This document shows positions 33,606-36,331 of a stretch of 36,331 bases of DNA, piece after piece. Origin of the DNA: a virus (taxonomy: Duplodnaviria; Caudoviricetes); IMG/VR virus record IMGVR_UViG_3300025391_000326, positions 1 to 36,331 of that record; one strand, given 5' to 3'. Both the position numbers and the translations under genes were made by a program. The notes beneath the pieces are model-generated. The model searched no databases. It saw nothing but the letters and a program-made list of their open reading frames with translations, and was not told where the DNA came from. The first letter of the stretch is position 1. Every line of letters begins with the position of its first letter.

Positions 33606-34750
33606 TGGACTGGAGAAGCATCACCACAATTCTGAAAGGTGATGTACCCGGACACGACTTTCACGGTAATCAGTGGGTCAACGAAGCCGGTGGGTTCAAC
33701 GTCAAGGGCAACAAACCCCGTGGTGGTGGAAAGAAGCCCAAGGCAGCAGTTCGTCAGCCAGCAGCCCCAAAGAAGCAACCAGCCCCACGCCCTGCCCCTC
33801 AGAAGCCAGCAGCGAAGAATCCAAAGCAGCGTGACCTGAACAGCGTGTTGTTGTCCATCATCAACAACCACCTCAATGCTCAGAAGCAGCCGACATCAAC
33901 GCCTGCCGACTACGCCCCATCACCAAAGGAAGCCAAAGAGCCACCCTTTAAGCCGGGCAAGGGATTCTTACCCTTCACCAGTGAAAAGATACAGAACAAC
34001 GATGAATCTCTGCATCTCGGTGGAGCGCAGCAAATCAAGATGGGCAAAGTCACCTTCGATGACGGCTCCAAGGGTGTAGCGAAGACCATCGGGCAATGGA
34101 ACGGGATTCCAGCAGAAGAAATGGCGAAAGCCGAAGTGCTGTCATCCAAAATCGGACAGGCTATCGGTGCGCCTATTCGTGACTGTATCGGCGTTCCCGG
34201 CCAAAAGGATGCTGTAATCCAGCCGTGGGTGCAGGGCGAGACGTGGGCAACTTGCTGCGGGCCGATGGCAATGATGCGGAAAGAGAACTTTAACCCCGGC
34301 ACTGGCGACCCCGACGGGTACCCGCCCCAATTCCGTGCAGCCCTTGGTGAAATGCGCCTGTTCGACACAATGGTCGGCAACGGTGACCGACACTGCGAGA
34401 ACGTGATGGTCACGAACACCAACCCGACTGCCTTTGAGCCGTTCACAAAGAAAGACGGCTCCCAAACCGTTCGCCTGAAGCAGGGATTGACCATTGCCGA
34501 CGCAATCACCCCAGATTCCAAACTGGTCGGCATTGACCATTCGCTGGCGTTCCGTTCCTTGTTTCCACCAAGTTCACGAGAACTCCAAAGCGTTGTGACC
34601 CAGTACAGCATTAAGCCGTCCCGATTGAACCAAATCAACAAGTCCCTGAAGTCTCTCATCAGTGGTGGAACCCTGAACCAAGAGGAACTTCCAAAAGTCA
34701 AGGTAATGCAAGCAACACTGGAGCAGGCTTTCCCCAAAATCATCAAGTAG
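33605..34750 (+). CDS. Tagged PI3/PI4-kinase-like (HipA-like) kinase 1
   Basis: N-terminal ILKGDVPGHDFHGNQW, Pro/Lys linker, GVAK...E, FDTMVGNGDRHCEN and GIDHSLAF. Confidence 0.82.
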   Translation: MDWRSITTILKGDVPGHDFHGNQWVNEAGGFNVKGNKPRGGGKKPKAAVRQPAAPKKQPAPRPAPQKPAAKNPKQRDLNSVLLSIINNHLNAQKQPTSTPADYAPSPKEAKEPPFKPGKGFLPFTSEKIQNNDESLHLGGAQQIKMGKVTFDDGSKGVAKTIGQWNGIPAEEMAKAEVLSSKIGQAIGAPIRDCIGVPGQKDAVIQPWVQGETWATCCGPMAMMRKENFNPGTGDPDGYPPQFRAALGEMRLFDTMVGNGDRHCENVMVTNTNPTAFEPFTKKDGSQTVRLKQGLTIADAITPDSKLVGIDHSLAFRSLFPPSSRELQSVVTQYSIKPSRLNQINKSLKSLISGGTLNQEELPKVKVMQATLEQAFPKIIK

Positions 34751-34771
34751 TCTTTAAATGGGTGAAATGGT

Positions 34772-35815
34772 ATGAACTTCCGACAAATTCTCGAAATCCT
34801 TAAAGGTGACGTTGTAGGTCACGAATTCCACGGCAATCAGTGGATTAACGGTTCAGGAAAGTTCAATGCAGGTGGTGGAAAGCCCCGACCAGCAGCGAAG
34901 CCGAAGCCTGCCGGTCAGCGCAGGGCAGCCGCGCCAAAGCCAGCACCAGCCCCACGCCGTGTTGCAGCCCCCAAGCCCCCGGCTCCTACCCCACCACGCC
35001 CCGAAACACCAAAGCCAACTCCACCGCCAGTAAAACTCCCTGAGCCTCAGCAATCCCTGAAGCCAGCCGTCAAGGACTGGAATGAACCCGGCCCCAAGGT
35101 TCTGGCCACCAACGAAATTGCTTCCTACGACAAGAAGTTAGGTTCCAAGGGTGGAGCGCAGAACACTGGACTGCAACTCGTCACGATGAAGGATGGCAGT
35201 GCCGGTGTGGTGAAGGGTCTAGCAGAATGGGGAAAAAATTCCCCAAAACAACTTGCTAAGGCCGAAGTCGCTGCTGGAAAAATCGGCGCAGCGATGGGTA
35301 TTTCAATTGCCAAGGCTGAGCCGGTTCCGGGTGAGCCGAAGAAGATTGTGATGCCCCTCATCAAGGGTGAAACAGCATTTGACAGTCGTGGAGCAGACAA
35401 TGTTTCATCGGAGTGCAACCAGCAGCGAAACGAAATGTACTTTTTCGACAAGTTGATTGGCAACGGTGACCGTCATTTTGGAAACTTTATGTACACCAAT
35501 CTGACCCCCCGCAACTGGGTCACTCAGGATAGCCAAGTCGTAGCGATTGACCACTCGCTTTGCTTGGGAAACGCCCGTCACGAGCCTTTTCCACCACAGT
35601 CCTCCGACCTTGTGCAATTTGCTGTGTTGAAGCGCATAAACTCCGATAGGTTGACCCAGATGTACACCGGCCTGAAGGATTTGCAGGCAGCCAAGAACAA
35701 CACCACCTTTGAAAAAGATGCTGTTGATAAGTGCGTCGGAGTAATGGAAAAGGCGTTCCCCTTTGTCACTGGCAACGACCCAACTGCGAAGAAGATGTAC
35801 GACAGGATGGTCTAG
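34772..35815 (+). CDS. Tagged PI3/PI4-kinase-like (HipA-like) kinase 2
   Basis: N-terminal ILKGDVVGHEFHGNQW, Pro-rich linker, GVVK...E, FDKLIGNGDRHFGN and AIDHSLC. Confidence 0.82.
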   Translation: MNFRQILEILKGDVVGHEFHGNQWINGSGKFNAGGGKPRPAAKPKPAGQRRAAAPKPAPAPRRVAAPKPPAPTPPRPETPKPTPPPVKLPEPQQSLKPAVKDWNEPGPKVLATNEIASYDKKLGSKGGAQNTGLQLVTMKDGSAGVVKGLAEWGKNSPKQLAKAEVAAGKIGAAMGISIAKAEPVPGEPKKIVMPLIKGETAFDSRGADNVSSECNQQRNEMYFFDKLIGNGDRHFGNFMYTNLTPRNWVTQDSQVVAIDHSLCLGNARHEPFPPQSSDLVQFAVLKRINSDRLTQMYTGLKDLQAAKNNTTFEKDAVDKCVGVMEKAFPFVTGNDPTAKKMYDRMV

Positions 35816-36331
35816 TGACGTTCCAACCGAACTTTGTTAAATTCACCAACACTGACGTAATCGGAACGGAGCCTTTGGAAGGTCGCTTCAAGGGGAACCA
35901 GAACGACGGTTTCACCTACGTCCGGTTTGCCGATGGCTCTGGTGGCATCATCAAGACGATGAAGGACTGGGTTGGCAACAAGACCGGCAGGCTCTACCCT
36001 GCTGAAATCTTGGCAGCGCAGGAGTACTTGGCATCGCTGGTGGGCGAAACAATGAACGCCCCGGTTAGGGACTGCCACTTTTACGGCTCTGGTGCCAAGA
36101 CCGTCATTATGCCGTTCATCGTCGGCCAGACTGGTGAAGAAGCCGGGCAGACCGAGTTGCCGGAGAACGCTCAGGGAACAGCACTGAAACTGTTCGACTA
36201 CCTCGCCGCCAATGCAGACCGTCGGCCCAAGAATTGGATTTCCACCCCCGACGGGCGCATCGTGGGCATTGACCACGCCTTGTGCAACTTCCGGCCCCGT
36301 GTTCTAAAGCCTGATTTCGTTAGCGACCTTT
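35815..36331 (+). CDS. Third kinase of the same family (3'-truncated, absent from the ORF track, no N-terminal tag)
   Basis: GTG at 35815; my translation reads MTFQPNF...DGSGGIIK...QEYLAS...LFDYLAANADRRPKNW...VGIDHALC and stays open to the window end. Confidence 0.8.
   Translation, partial: MTFQPNFVKFTNTDVIGTEPLEGRFKGNQNDGFTYVRFADGSGGIIKTMKDWVGNKTGRLYPAEILAAQEYLASLVGETMNAPVRDCHFYGSGAKTVIMPFIVGQTGEEAGQTELPENAQGTALKLFDYLAANADRRPKNWISTPDGRIVGIDHALCNFRPRVLKPDFVSDL

Noticed and set aside
25603-34845. Tag-encoding DNA repeats as a CRISPR array or DGR template/variable repeats
   Set aside because: Copies are in frame within ORFs, irregularly spaced and differ at synonymous positions rather than specifically at adenines. 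No cas or reverse transcriptase gene is in the window.
35875-35915. GRFKGNQN in kinase 3 as a 14th tag copy
   Set aside because: It lacks the KGD..GH part and aligns with the G-loop region of the other kinases (GGAQNTG, GGAQQ), so it is more likely part of the kinase fold.
1-36331. Integrase, transposase, tRNA or rRNA genes, or alternative genetic code
   Set aside because: None recognised. Genes read through normally in code 11 and end in TAA, TAG and TGA, so there is no sign of stop-codon reassignment. Lifestyle cannot be determined from this window.

Overview
This is a 36.3 kb, GC-rich segment of a large tailed phage (or prophage), most likely infecting Actinobacteria. That host call rests on two WhiB genes, several leaderless promoters and a GH25 endolysin. 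Order of contents: (1) the end of a split terminase large subunit whose ATPase half carries a 125-aa mini-intein in Walker B; (2) about 19.7 kb of accessory genes, including an amidoligase + class II glutamine amidotransferase operon, a distant gamma-glutamylcyclotransferase, a GT2-TPR glycosyltransferase, a metallophosphoesterase, a dCMP deaminase, a lysis cassette, SSB and a candidate sRNA, driven by a family of related sigma70-type promoters; (3) the portal and an unusually long XkdF-like prohead protease; (4) at least 11 kb with no recognisable major capsid gene. Eight ORFs in that last block share 13 copies of one peptide tag, K-G-D-x-x-G-H-x-F-x-G-N-Q-[YWF], nearly always just after a hydrophobic-x-Lys site. 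The tag is fused to varied cargo: His/Ala helical modules, a ParB-like domain and PI3K/HipA-like kinases. A Dps gene and a third, untagged kinase are in the same block. My lead hypothesis is a protease-processed, tag-addressed capsid cargo system analogous to T4 internal proteins. All family assignments come from reading motifs by eye; no database search was run.
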